Positions 12,701-28,527 of a stretch of 64,000 nt of DNA are shown here, in pieces. Below the pieces are notes generated by a model. It ran no database searches. It saw nothing but the letters and a program-made list of their open reading frames with translations, and had not been told where the DNA came from. Made by a program: the position numbers and the translations under genes. Source of the DNA: Entomortierella parvispora E1425 (Eukaryota > Fungi > Mortierellomycota). The stretch lies in NCBI GenBank assembly GCA_020891255.1, contig BQFW01000003.1, forward strand, positions 62,001 to 126,000, written 5' to 3'. Within the stretch, counting starts at the first letter, position 1. Every line of letters starts with the position of its first letter.

Positions 12701-14786
12701 CTGCAGCACGGTCTTTGGCGAATGAAAACGACGAGGCAGACCAGCGCGCTCGCATGCGATCTATATCTGAATCGGGATCAACTTTGGTCGGCCAGCCCAG
12801 CACAATTTCAAGCTCGGATCGCTTCACTGTTAACAAGAATGGTGAAATTTCAGACATGGATCTGGAATCGACAAGGGGCGGCACCTCCCGGCGATCAGAC
12901 TCACGTCCATCCTCAATGTTATCGGACATCTCATACGCAGGAACAGGCTCGACCGGTTCAGGCTCTGCGAACGTCTTGGATCGATTTCAGCTTTCTCAGT
13001 TTGAGGTATCTCAACAACGGTCTCCTAATCAAGGTCAGCCTCCTTCAGAAATGATTGTCGTTGAGCCGCACAACGAGTCACCTCCGAGCCTGGCCAGTCT
13101 CATGGAAATCATCCCACCATCCGTGGACTTTAAGTCCAAGGTGCCGCTGAGCAACAAGGCCGTCAATCGGGGCGCCAAGCTCAAAAAGATGTTTGGAAGC
13201 GAGGTGCCTGCACCCAAGACTTCAAAAGTGGTGGAGGCTCCTTGGTACCTTGGTTACGATTATTCACCCACGGACATTACGCTCAGCAAGGATGGAACTG
13301 TCCGTGGAGGCACTCTCCCTGCGCTCGTGGAGCGTCTGACGATTCATGACAGTCTGGATTCAAACTTTGTCATGACCTTTTTGTTGACGTACCGATCTTT
13401 TGCCTCCACAAAAGAATTCTTTGAAATCTTATTCCGCCGATTTACAGTGGAGCCACCCCAAGGACTGGATGCAAACGAGATGGCCATCTGGACCGAGAAC
13501 AAGCTGACGCCCATTCGACTGCGTGTGTTCAACATCATCAAGTCTTGGCTCGAGAGTTACTTTTTGGAGGATGAGGCTGAAGATCAGCAGGTGCTACAAA
13601 AGATCAAGCAGTTCTCAGAGTCAAGTTTGATGCGCGAGACAATGAGTTTCCCTGCTGTCCAGCTGATCAAGCTGGTGGAGAAGCGAGAAAACTCGGATGT
13701 GTCATTCCGAAAGATGGTGCTGAATCTGTCGACCCAAGCACCTCAGCCGATCACGCCTAGGAATCTAAAGAGGATTCGATTCTTGGACCTGGATGCACTC
13801 GAGTTTGCGAGACAATTGACGATCATGGAGGCGAACAATTACAACAAGATCAAGCCAATTGAGTGCTTGGCGAAGGCCTGGACGAGTGAGGACCCCGAGT
13901 TGGCGGCCAAGGCGGTGAACATCAGAAACATGATCACGACGACCAATGTGTATTCGAACTGGATCAACGAAATTGTCCTTAGCGAGTTGGATGTCAAGAA
14001 ACGAGCGTTGATTCTTCGACAAATTATCACAGTGGCAGAGGTACGTGCAAATCACTGGAAGACAAACGTTCTAGTTCACTGCTGCAACTTGGACAAATGA
14101 ACTCACCCGGTTTCAATTTATTATGGCTGTTTTTACACTTATAGAAACTACTTCAACTCAACAACTTCAGTTTGCTTTCGGCGACAACTGCCGCATTGGC
14201 GCAATCGCCCGTTCATCGTCTGAAGCGATCGTGGGAATTGGTGCCAACCCGATATATGAACTCACTTGAAAAACTCCGTCAGGTCACAAGCTCTGCAAGG
14301 AATTGGTGGGTGTACCGTGCAGCTCTTCATAACGCCAATCCACCCTGTGTACCTTTTGTGGGCGTGTACTTGACCCATTTGGTCGGTATTCAGGACGGCA
14401 ACACGGACTTCATCAAGTCGACAGATCAACACATCAATTTTGCAAAGCGTGTCAGTACCGCAGAGGTGATTCGAGAGATCCAACAGTACCAGGCTGTGCC
14501 TTATTGTCTGACGGTCGTACCCGAGATCCAGACGTTTATTCAAAAGGGACTGGACGCATCCAAGGAGGATGCTGAGCTCCATGATATGAGTTTAGCTGTT
14601 GAGCCAAGGTAAGATCGCGTGCTTTTTCAATATTTTCACCTCTTTTTTTTTTTTTTTTTTTGGTTTTGTTTTTATTTTATCAATTCCAAGTTCTCACTCT
14701 TTTTCTATGATTCCTTTTTCACAAATGATAGAGAGGGCGAAGAAGACAAGATTACAAGACTGTTGTCGGAATCAGGCTTTCTGTAA
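9702..14786 (+). CDS. CDC25: Cdc25/Ste6-like Ras guanine nucleotide exchange factor (SH3, WW, REM/RasGEF_N and RasGEF domains), paralogue A
   Basis: SH3 (VRALYPY...LESGWWYG...GWFPSNFV), WW (WLPQTTADGQLYYFNTRTGDSSW), REM (GGTLPALVERLT...FLLTYRSF), catalytic domain (EFARQLT...NNFS...PPCVPFVGVYLT). The last exon ...EPR|EGEEDKITRLLSESGFL* ends at 14786. Confidence 0.95.
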
Positions 14787-15214
14787 GAACCCTTCACGGA
14801 ACGATGGCCCTGGCAGCGATCGCCGTGTTTTTTTTGCAGTGAAAATGTTTTGTTTTTTAATTGTTGAATCTGCATTGCAAGATGGAAAAACAAGGAGGGC
14901 GGGAAAGACGAAGGAAAAAAAAAAGTCCCACCGAACCCTTGGCCCTTCTATTCTTCTCTTTTTTCTCCCCACAACCTCAGATCACTGACCGCCTTCTCTT
15001 CTCCTCTCTCTCTTTCTCTCTCTTTTCTGTATGTCTTTTTGTACATTTTTTTTATATATTCCCCTACCCAACCAACCACCGGCCATTTATTTCTTGACCA
15101 ACACCGTCAACTATCTACAGACACCTGTAAAGCGTCCATTCTCCACCTTGTTCCACTGCGAGAGAATAAACATCGAATATTTCTAACGAGAATGAACGCT
15201 CAAGTCAAACATCG

Positions 15215-15222
15215 GTCACGTG
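15215..15222 (+). promoter_or_regulatory. GTCACGTG E-box about 135 nt upstream of the THO1-like ATG
   Basis: The motif is seen directly. Function is inferred. Confidence 0.3.
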
Positions 15223-15357
15223 TGTGCACCGCGCCACCTTTTTTTCGCTTCGTCTGCATCTTTCCCAAAGGTGATTTCTCCACATCTCCCTTTCTCTGCT
15301 CACTGCATCCATCCCTGTCGACTCCTTCAACCTAGCCCTCCGTCAGCAAACTTATCA

Positions 15358-16600
15358 ATGGATCCCCGCAAACTCAAGGTCAACGAACTCAAGGAACAGC
15401 TCCAGCTGGCTGGACTGTCTGCTGCAGGCAAAAAGGAAGAGCTCGTCGCGCGTCTTTTGGAACATCAAAAGGCTGAAGAAGATGCACTTCATGCCGGTGC
15501 AGGACCCGCCACAGGATCAGGCGATTCCTTTGATTGGGATGAGAAGTTAGAGTAAGAGGAACAACACATGCGAAATCTGCGAATCCCCCTCTTGGATCCG
15601 CGTCTTTCAATCGGATGAAGGACCGCAACCTTGTCATTATGACAAGATCGTTAAAGTCTAAGCCCTTTTTCTCTTTGTATCTTGGTTCATGAAAATAGTG
15701 ATCTGGCTCCTCCTCCCCCTGCAGGCGCCTCTACCACGACCCCCGCACCCGCCAAGCCAGCTGCAACACCTGTTACCCAGACCAAGCAGCCCGAGACCAC
15801 CCCTGCTGCCCCCGCAACTTCTGCGCCTGCCACCGCCTCTTCTACCACCGCCTCGACCACGCCCTCAACGACAACGACCACCACCGCCACTATTGGCGAT
15901 GTTCAATTCCAGGGTGGAGTCAAGGATGCAGAGACATTAAAGGCCGAGTTTGAGAAGCGCAAAAACCGTGCTGCCCGTTTCGGAATCCCCCTCAAGGAGC
16001 AGGACAAGGCAGTGGAGCGCGCCGCCCGTTTCGGTGTCCCAGTGACCGCTGCCGCAACAGCCTCTCTGGCCAAAGCCACTGGCACAGCTACATCCCCAAC
16101 ATCATCCGCTACACCCGCTGCTGGAGCCAAGACCCTGCCAACAAAGCCCGGTTCTATTGCTGCTAGCGTAAGGATCCATCTCACCCTGTGTGTGGGAAGA
16201 TGCACACCGCTCAGCTGCCCATCTGACTCTTTTTTTTTTCCATTTATCTTTTCGTATCCAGATTCCTGCCGATGTCCTTAGCAAACGCCAGGAACGTTTT
16301 GGAATCACTGCCCCAGTTGCAAAGGCCGCTGCTGCTCCATCAACATCGACATCGATCGCCCCTTCCAAGGGACCTACTGCCGTCAAGAACCTGTATGCTT
16401 TGGATGCTGCCGAAGAAGAAAAGAAGCGCAAGCGCGCTGCCAAGTTTGGTTCCCCAGCTGTAAGAACTGAGTGATCGGAAAAAGCCCTGCCCAATCCTGA
16501 TATTGTCATTCTTGGGAATGTTGTGATACTGACCTTCTTTTTCTTTGCATTTTCTCCTTTATAGGCTGCCGAAGATCCTTCCAAGAAGGTCAAGGCTTAA
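15358..16600 (+). CDS. THO1: SAP-domain mRNP/export factor, Tho1/SARNP/MOS11 family, 4 exons
   Basis: N-terminal SAP motif (KLKVNELKEQLQLAGLSAAGKKEELVARL) and repeated RAARFG/RQERFG/RAAKFG motifs. GT-AG junctions are phase-consistent to TAA at 16600. Confidence 0.88.
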
Positions 16601-17337
16601 GAGAAACGGATAGTGGCGAAAAAGCAAAGGGGACAACATACCAACATACCTCCTTATCCACCTTTCTAGTGCTTGATTTTTTTATTTTTTTTTTATTTTA
16701 TTTTTTCTTTGGTCTTTCTCTTCATTCCCCTTCTCTTCTTTTTTTTACCCCTGGTTCCTGGAATTAATGAAAACTGGACCGACAACCCCAACTACGAGTC
16801 AGGAGCAAAAAAGGCTCAGCAGATGGCGACCTTCTCAGGCGATCGGACGGGGAAAAAGCGACGAGAACGACCAACGAGCATAGATGAGAGTGTGGTAAAG
16901 ACACTTGACAGTGATGTCGAAGGAAAGGAACATGTGGAGCGTGACTTTTGGATTCAACAATGGCTCTGGATGGTCGTTCGGAAACAAGACAAGAGATCAT
17001 GAGTGTATTGAATATATTTTATAGTGGAGGGAGGGGGATTTTTTTTTTTTCATTTCTCTCTTTTTTTACAGTCCTGTGGCATGGAAAACTTGGTTGATGT
17101 GCTCGACGGTGTTGGGGGAGGTGATCTTGTCGCTATTAGTTTTCAGGAACCAGGGGACATCGTTTTTTTTAACGTTAGAAGAATTCAGAATAAAAAGAAC
17201 AAGGCAGTCGAGGGTATGAGATGAAGAAAAAAGAAAGAATGGATATGAAAAAGTAAAATGTGGAAGGACAAAGCGAGGGTTCGCAGCGAAATAGAGGGGA
17301 TCGATTTGATGAAGGCAGTCGCGTCTCAAGGTTTCGT

Positions 17338-20300
17338 TCAGAGAAGACCCGATTCTCGCATGATTCGGGCCATGGTCTCGTCTCCTCGTTCACTGAGATA
17401 CATTCGTTTCAACAAAAGAGACGATATCAAACCAGGAATGTTGGCGGTGAGTTTTTTTTTGGACGAGAGCACCGCGAAACTGACAACCTTTTGCGAAAAA
17501 AGGATGAAGACAAAAAACAGACAAACACGACGACTGACGACCCAACAAAAGATGTCTCCATGACAAGACTGAGCCTCCAAGACTGGACCCTCGCCTTGTG
17601 GATAAGATTGGGTAGAGTAGGAAGGAAAGGATACAAAAGAATTCAAAAAAAAGGCATTAAATAGAATACTTACCGAGGCTCTAATGCCAAACTCATGTCG
17701 TAAAGGTCCACGACGGACTTTGTGCAATCCAGACCACGTCGGATGAAGGCCTGGATCTCGGGCACGCTCGTCAGACAGTAAGGCACCGACTGATACTGTT
17801 GAATCTCACGGATGACCTCAGCCGTCTTGACACGCTTGTAAAAGTTGATCAGGTGGTTCGACTTTTTCAAGAAGTCTCCATTGCCATCCTGAATCATGAC
17901 CAGATCCGTCAGGTACATGCCCACGAATGGCACGCAGGGAGGGTTGACTGAATGAAGTACCTCACGGTACTCGGCCCAGTTCTTGGCCACACCCATCAGC
18001 ACCTGGAGATCCATAAATGAAGTCATGGTCCTGGTAGGGACTTGTTCCCAGGTGCGCTTCAGGCGATGGATCGGTGATTGAGACAAGGCAGCCATCGTGG
18101 CAGAGAGCATACTGAAGTTGTTCAACTGTTGCAATTTCTGTGAAAACAAAAAAAATAGATAATAAAAAAAAAAATACAATTAGGAAACTGGGAATATCGC
18201 CAGTCAAAGTCCCTGGTCTTGTTCCTGCCAGTGCTGCTTACCTCTGCAATCGACACCAAGTGGCGGATGACAAGAACACGCTTCTTGAGCTCCTTCTCAC
18301 TGAGAACCAGCTCGTTGATCCAGTTGGCGTACAAGTTACTCGTCTCAATCATCTTCTTGATGTTGACAGCCTTGGCCGCCAACTCTACATCCTCACTCAT
18401 CCAGGCCTTGGCCAGACACTCGACCGGGCGAATCTTGTTGTAAACATTAGCCTCCATGATGGTCAACTGGCGCGCAAACTCCAGAGGGTCCAGTTCCAAA
18501 AACTTGATCTTCTTCAGGTTGCGAGGGGTGATGGGCTGAGGAGCCTGCGTGGTCAAGTTGAGGACCATCTTGCGGAACGCTCCCTCGGACTGTTCACGCT
18601 TCTCCACCAGCTTGATCAGCTGCACAGCAGCAAAGCTCATCGTATCCTTCATTGCTGCAGATCCAGAAAAGTCCTTGATCATCGACAGGGCTTCCCGATC
18701 GTCCGTCTCATCCTCCAAGAAGTAGTTCTCCAACCATGATTTGATGATGTTGAACACACGGAGACGAATAGGCGTCAACTTCTTTTCTGTCCAAATCTCG
18801 AGCTCCTCCTGGTCCAGTCCCATGGGTGGCTGAATGGTGAAACGCTGGAAGAGATAAGAGAACAGATCCTTTGTCGTCGTGAAAGATCGGTACGTCAACA
18901 AAAAGGTCGCGATAAAGTTCGAGTCCAAGCCGTCGTGCAGGGTCAAACGCTCAATCAATGCTGGGAGCGTTCCACCCTTAACCTGGCCCTCTGCGTTGAG
19001 GACAAGCTCATTTTGTTGGTAGTCGTAATTCAGGTACCAGACGGTCGCCGATGCATTGTCTCCATTGATCCTCTTGATCTTTTCTCCACGCACATCATAA
19101 CGTCCTGGTGAGGCAATGTTGGCTACTCCTGAGAAAGTCGACTCTGAAGGAGAGGTGGGGAATGGATAACCTCCCTGGACGCCACGTCCTGAATAGTCTG
19201 TGCTGGGGGTATGAGGTCCTGAATGAGCAGAGAACAGAGATGGTTGAGAGTCTGAGCGACCACGCTGCTGAGCATGAAGGGCCATTGAGGCATTAGAGCG
19301 AGGAGCCAGATCTGGTTCGATATCCGAGTCATTGTCATGGTTGTACATGACGTCCTCGGGCGTACGGTCCATCATGGCAGCGGCAATAGAAGGCTTGCGA
19401 GCTCCATAGGGGTCGTGCAGGGGTCGGTTCACCAACACGTTGGCATCGGCAGTATCCTTCTCCTGAACCAAAGTCCGGGTAGCCAACACCAAGCTTTGTG
19501 CTGCCTTGTCAGTCGCGACAGTGGTGCTCAAAGCAAGGTCAAGGGTCTGGCCAACGGCGAGCAAATCAGTGGCAGACTGGATGGCCATGACAAGAGAGGC
19601 AGAGGCGCCATGCAAGGCCTGCTTGGAGGTACGCACATCCGCAAGGTACTTTTCAGGAATGGCAGGTTGCTCTGCTTGGGCCGTGGTGTAAAAGTCTGTG
19701 ACCAAGGTCAAGAGAGATCCAAGCTGGGAGATGGTCTGGCGAGCTTGCGCCACCAACTGAGCCGACTGAGCCGAGTTCATGATGGGGTTGGCGGATGAGA
19801 CGCCGTTGACGTTGCTATGGCGAAGAGCAGGTGATGGGTTCTCGATGATCTTTTCAATCTGCATGGAGAGGACATTGACCGCCTTGGAAGCGCTCTTTGC
19901 ATAGTAATCCAACTGGCTGAGAATGCTCTGGCTGTTCATTTGCGAGCCAAAGACCTTGCGTTCGGTTGGCTGACTGCTGCCGTCGCTTCGAAGCGACGCG
20001 TTCGAAAGTGCCCTGTCCAAGGTGCGCGCGGCGGCCTTGGCCTTGAGGGGGCTCTTGACATCAGTCACAAGACGGGCATCCACTTGATGGACAGGGATTT
20101 CCGCTGCAATGGCGGTGGAGACATAGTTCTGAGCAGCGACACGGACCTCCTTGGCGTCGGCCTGCAATTTAGCAACAGAATCAGCCGCAGGCCAGACGCC
20201 CGAGGCCATCTTGGCCGAGAGGACGAGCTTGGAGAGGGCGGCCATGATCTGACGGTGATGCAACTTCAATCCACGGTGCTGGCGCATGATGGCAGCGTCC

Positions 20301-22668
20301 TTGTCAACCGTGCCCGAGGCGTAGAGCATAACACGGATGGCCTCGACCACGATTGAAGACTGGATAAGATAATAGGGTTTATGACCCTTCTCCGCAGATG
20401 AGAGCAGATTGTCGATGGCAGCCGCCGTGTGATCCGAGAGCGAGTCCCAGGTGGGCTCTGGATCGAAAGGGTTGGGCAATTGAGGCAATGGGGGGAGGCC
20501 CTCAATGGACTCTTGGGGCATGGGAGGGGCCAGGCCAGAGGGCTTGCGGACCGAGGCCAGGCTCTGGGCTGGATCGTTCGATGAGCCGGTGGTACTTGCG
20601 TTGTCGGCAAAGACCTAGATGAATGAGAGACCGCGGGCGGAGAGGAAAAAAAGTCAGCGCCCATATCAAGTGAGGAGGAGGGTAGTGTGGGGATCGGTGT
20701 TGTTGTTGTTGTTGATGCTGAGGATGAACAGACGCCCAAGCGGCAGGTGCAGGCAGCCAAAACAGGGATGCGATGATGGCTGAGTGTCAATTAAATGAAA
20801 GATCTCGTCGTCGATTTCTTTTACGGCTGCAGAGATATATAGTCCGTCGCCTGTCTGTTGGCAAAATGCCCATCGTTCCAACTTTGTCAGTCTAGACTCA
20901 CCTTGCCGTTGCCATTGAGCGTGTTGTTGGCCGTGTTGCCGGACGAGTGTGTGCTGGAGGCACGCGAGAGGCGTTGACCATCCTGCTGCGAGGACCGTGC
21001 TTGGTCCTGATCCTGGTCCTGCTCTTGGTCCTGCTCATCCTCCTCTGCTTCCGAGTTGTACCAACCGTTGCCGTTTGACGTCGATTCGCGCGCCGACCAG
21101 CCCTTCTTGCCACTGGCCTCCTGACCGTTGGCCGTGTCGGTTGTGCCGGCGCTCATAGTGCTGGCATGATCCTCTGGCTCGGGAATGGTCCAGCTAGACT
21201 CTTGGGTGCGCTGGTTGTAATAAAAGACTTGGCCATCCGGTGTGGTCTGTGGCAGCCAGAGGTCATCGGCGGCCTGGAGCGATGGTCAAGAGAACAAGGC
21301 AAAAAAGATTAGTTTTTGGGGATCTGACTGATGAGGTCGAGAGCATCTCGTTGCCATCGTTCCTCCCATCCGTGAGTTTTGAAGGAAAGCCAGGGGAACG
21401 AGGAGACGGCGAGAGGAATGAGTATCGCCCTGTGGCTCTCTGTTCAGTTTGGAGGGCCATGGTTGTTCTTTCCGTGTCTGTGTATGTCTGCGTGCCAAAG
21501 TGTGTCCTTTGCTCTGCTCTGTTGTGTTGCTACTGCACATTGTCGGTCTTGCACAACAGAATGAAGAGGGCTCTCACATCCCACAAGAACAACAGCACCA
21601 CCACCACCAGCAACCTCAGCAAATCAATCAAAGCATCCAAAAAGTCGCCCAAAGAACGAACGAACAACCACCCACCGCCCAAAGCAAGACAAAAGACACG
21701 AGCAGCCAGTCATCCAAGTAATTTGAGCACAACACACAGACATTCGCCTCGAGAGCATGCCCACAGACAGACAGACAGACAGAGAGACATACACACGCAT
21801 GTTCATACACACATACATACACACACACACTCGTAAAAAAAAAGGGGGAAAGAGAGAGAGTAGGACAGAAGCTGAAGAACGATATTCGACTGCCAGACAG
21901 AACAAAAGATTGACCGACAGGACAGAAAAAAATGAACAGAAAGAAAACGACGATATAAAGTCAAAAGGGAGCTCATCCCCCCGTGTCTCGTCCGGTGGTT
22001 GGGGTGAATAAGAGAGTGGAGGCCAAAAAATAATAATAATAATAATAAAAAAATGCGTAATCGCCCAACTGGGAGCAGGTCGACTGACTGATGGCTGACT
22101 GGCCATCTGCCTATTCCTTTCCTGTGGACGTTCCCAAGCATATGGGGGGGATGGATTGGATATGCAACGATCCATCTGTTTTGTGGCCGTTGCTCGTCGT
22201 TATGCTGTCGTTGCTTGTCATTGCTTTCTTTGTCCTCCGTTGGACAACTGACGGCCAAAGGCACACAGCGCCCAGCCGTGCCACCAAAGTAAAGAAAGAA
22301 AAACAACCCGCTTGCTGACTCTCTCCACTAAGCACACAAAGGAAAAACACACGATGGACTGGGAGGACCAAGAAAACTCTCATCTGCTCTTCCCGCATGG
22401 GTTCATGTCGTAATCCGATTTCACTCACCTCTGGGTCTTCTGCATCCTCATCCTGGCTGTCCAGATCATCCTCTCCCAGGACCTCGACATAGTTGGACGG
22501 GAACCAACCCTGGCGGCCTTGACAGTGGCCAGCCCACCAGCCCGACTCGAGCTGAGCCAGAACCTGGATCACATCGTCCTTCTTGAACGTCAGGTTGGTC
22601 GCATCCTCAGAGTCAAAGTCATAGAGGGCCCGGACAATGACTTGGATATCAAGCGTTTCCGAAACCAT
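17338..22668 (-). CDS. CDC25: Cdc25/Ste6-like RasGEF (SH3, WW, REM and RasGEF domains), paralogue B
   Basis: SH3 (VRALYDF...LESGWWAG...GWFPSNYV), WW (WLPQTTPDGQVFYYNQRTQESSW), GGTLPALIERLT, EFARQLT and PPCVPFVGMYLTD. The last exon reads R|ERGDETMARIMRESGLL*. Confidence 0.95.
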
Positions 22669-23298
22669 TTTCTTTCTTCTTTTTTTTTCTTTTGGGGGGG
22701 TGGAAGGGTGGGGCAAAGATGTTTTAGCGCTCACGAAACGCGTGCAAAAAAGGACTGGCGTTGGAAGGATGGGAAGGGTGAATGGGTTGACTGTGTTCCA
22801 AAGAAACAAAGAGGCAGGTTCCAGAAATAAAAGAGTTGATTGTCTGCTGCGTGCGTATGTGGTGTTCGTAAAAAAAGAAGTAGATGAGGGGGGGAAGGGG
22901 AGCGGGAGCGGGAGGAGGAAGGAAGACTGACAGTCGAGACAAAGAGATGATGAAGGGGGGTAGATGAAGCGGAAGAGGGTGGGAGGGATGAGGAATGCTA
23001 GACAGCAGCTGCAGTTGCCTCGGGTGGAAGGGGGGAGAGGAGAGAGGGGGACGGAGGGAAGGAGGAAGGGGGAAGGAGGGTGAGGAGGGCGAAGGGATGG
23101 AGAAAAGAAGAAAGAAACAAATGGTCAAAGAGCGGAGAGATGAAGCCATGAAGGGCAGATGAACTGACATCTCTCTGACTTCCGAGGCAGCCTTAATTTG
23201 TGAGATTAAAAATAATCGAGATCGTTTAATTTATTGAAAAAAAATTTCCAGTTCCTCAACTCAGTGCGCTAAAAGCCTAAAAAGCATCGACCAGAGCT

Positions 23299-26196
<2,898 letters not shown>

Positions 26197-26420
26197 GGTG
26201 CAATGGAGTATATGGGGAGAGCGAGAGAGGAAAAGGAAGGGAGAAGGAGAGGGACGAGGAGGAGGGAGAGGGTGCAATGAAGAAGAAATGGAATGAATGA
26301 GAAAGAGAGGTGAAATGGAGACGACGTCGCTCGACTCTCATTTTGCGGGACGGGTATATCAGATAAATTTATTATTTATACGCGATATTTTTGCTACAAT
26401 ACAGGAATCTATTATAACTT

Positions 26421-28172
26421 CTAAAGCTCGTGGCTGTCCTCGGTCTTGGCTGCGACATAGGGACCTTGGCCCTGAGCCTTTGCAGGGTCCAATGCACGCC
26501 AAAGGATCGCCAGTCCGCCAACAAAGTTGAGCAGCGCACAGATCTGGAAGATGTTGGCCACGGGCAAGTCGTGCACACGGAGCAAGATCATGCAAACGGC
26601 AAAGTTCATGGGCACGCGCAAGAACGCCATCACGCCTGTCCGGTTCTGCTCTGGGATAGACTGGGCACGAAGAGTTCCAATTGAAGGGAAGTACATACCT
26701 GTCGTGAATTCAAACAACAAGAATGACATGACAGTGTAGGTGCTGTTCTTGGTGTTGAGGGTGATGAAGCAGAAGGAGGTGCCCGAGATGAAGAGAGCAC
26801 TCGAGAGAAGGGTATCGGTGGCAAGGCCCTTGCTCGAAAGAATCTTGAAAGCAATCGATCCCAACATAGTCATGACCATCATGCCTGAGAAAAGGTAGCC
26901 AAGAGGAAGATTGCTGCTGACGTTTCCAGAGTTCTTGATGGACTGCTCAAGGGCAGGCGTGTACAACAACACAAAAGTGTACATGCAGCACTCAAAGACC
27001 GTCTGGGCAAGTCCAAGCGAGAGGATGTTGGTATCTACATTGTCATTAAACGATGCACGTCAGTGCCATTGAACATATCAGACTCGCCTCCTGCCCATGT
27101 TTAAAAGTAGGTTTGGTTAGGTTACCATTCTTGAGAACAATGAGTCCCTCGAGCATGCTCTTGAGGACTGAACCAGACGCATTGGTCTTGCTCTCGCCAT
27201 AGTTCTCGTCCCATGAACTCGAGATCATGAGACCAGCAAAGACCAAGGTGGTGGCACTGACAACAAAAGGAGCCGCCATCGATCCTGACCATTGCACGGA
27301 AATGTTGGCGACAACACCAGCCAAAATTGCCACCAATCCATTCAAGAAAATGGCTGTGCTGAAAGTTGCTCCAATCAATGCAGGTGCAAAGCCTAGAACA
27401 AAAGAAGTAGGTAATTAGGCCTTGTTGAAAATTAGGTCTATTAGGTCTCTTGGGGCATGCCGACTTACCCTTGCGTTGATGCTGAGAGATGTACCAAGCC
27501 TCAAAGACACAGTACAACAAGGCTGTGCTAAGTCCACTGAGCAAATGACTGATAACAAGGTACTGGAAGTTGCCCGAGAGGCGGATCAAACTGGCGGTGG
27601 AGGAGGTGAAGCAGAACAAAAGAGCCATTCTCTTGCGACCCCTATGAAAGTATGGCAAATATCCATTGGATGGAGGGACCGATTAGTACCATTGGCTAGA
27701 TTCTCTGTTTGATGGCTGACCCGTTGCGTCCTCTCGTAAATTGAGGCTGTTACAGAGTCATGCCCCCTTGGACCAATTGAGCAAAAAGTGCAAAGTAGTA
27801 ACCCGTACCAGACATCGGCCGTGTTGGCGACCACGGTTCCAAAAACGGCACTGCTCACGAATCCAATAATGAAAAGGAGGGCAATATCCTGGATTTGAAA
27901 GCCATGAGACTCGTAGAGGGTGTAAAGGTATGGGCCTTGCAACCAATCACTCACTAGGTAGGATGCAAGATGAATGGAGAAAGACGGTTAGCTGAGAAGG
28001 ACATGGCAGGCAAAGAAGAGGACTCTGGAGTGCTGGCATGTCGGCCTTGAGCTTAGATGGCAGACATCACTCATCAACAGGTTGGGCAGAAGGACGTACT
28101 CATCACTGTCAGGTAGACAGCGAGATAGTTGTTGCGGAAGTTTGAGAACGAGTCTCCACTGGTGGACAGCAT
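26421..28172 (-). CDS. MFSD5: MFS transporter, MFSD5/molybdate-anion transporter (DUF791) family
   Basis: FRNNYLAVYLTVM|MSDWLQGPYLYTLY, LLFIIGFVSSAVFG, AD(V)W|GRKR, TALLYCVFEAWYI and RVPMN, with many transmembrane segments. The start codon is uncertain. Confidence 0.88.
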
Positions 28173-28527
28173 CAGAGAATGAATAAGGAGGATGTTGTCG
28201 AGGGAGAGGGGTGAATGATGAAGATGATGGGCTGAACTTGGAAGAGAGGAAGAGGTAAGAAGGAAAAGAAGGAAAGAGAGAGACCTCGGCGAAGGCAACT
28301 GGCTCGACAAAGACGGGGCACAAGAGGCACGACCAAAGAGGGGTCCAAGAATGAACGAATGGAAACTTAGATTACTCGTTTCCAGGATTATTTATAGTCT
28401 CGAAAAACTAGTAACGAGCCGAATCTCTCAGGACGAGAAAAAAAAGGGGGATGGACATCCATGAACTCTTTCCCACGTTCCTCTTGTCTTCACTTTCATT
28501 TTTTTTTCTTCATAGTCTCCGCTCACC

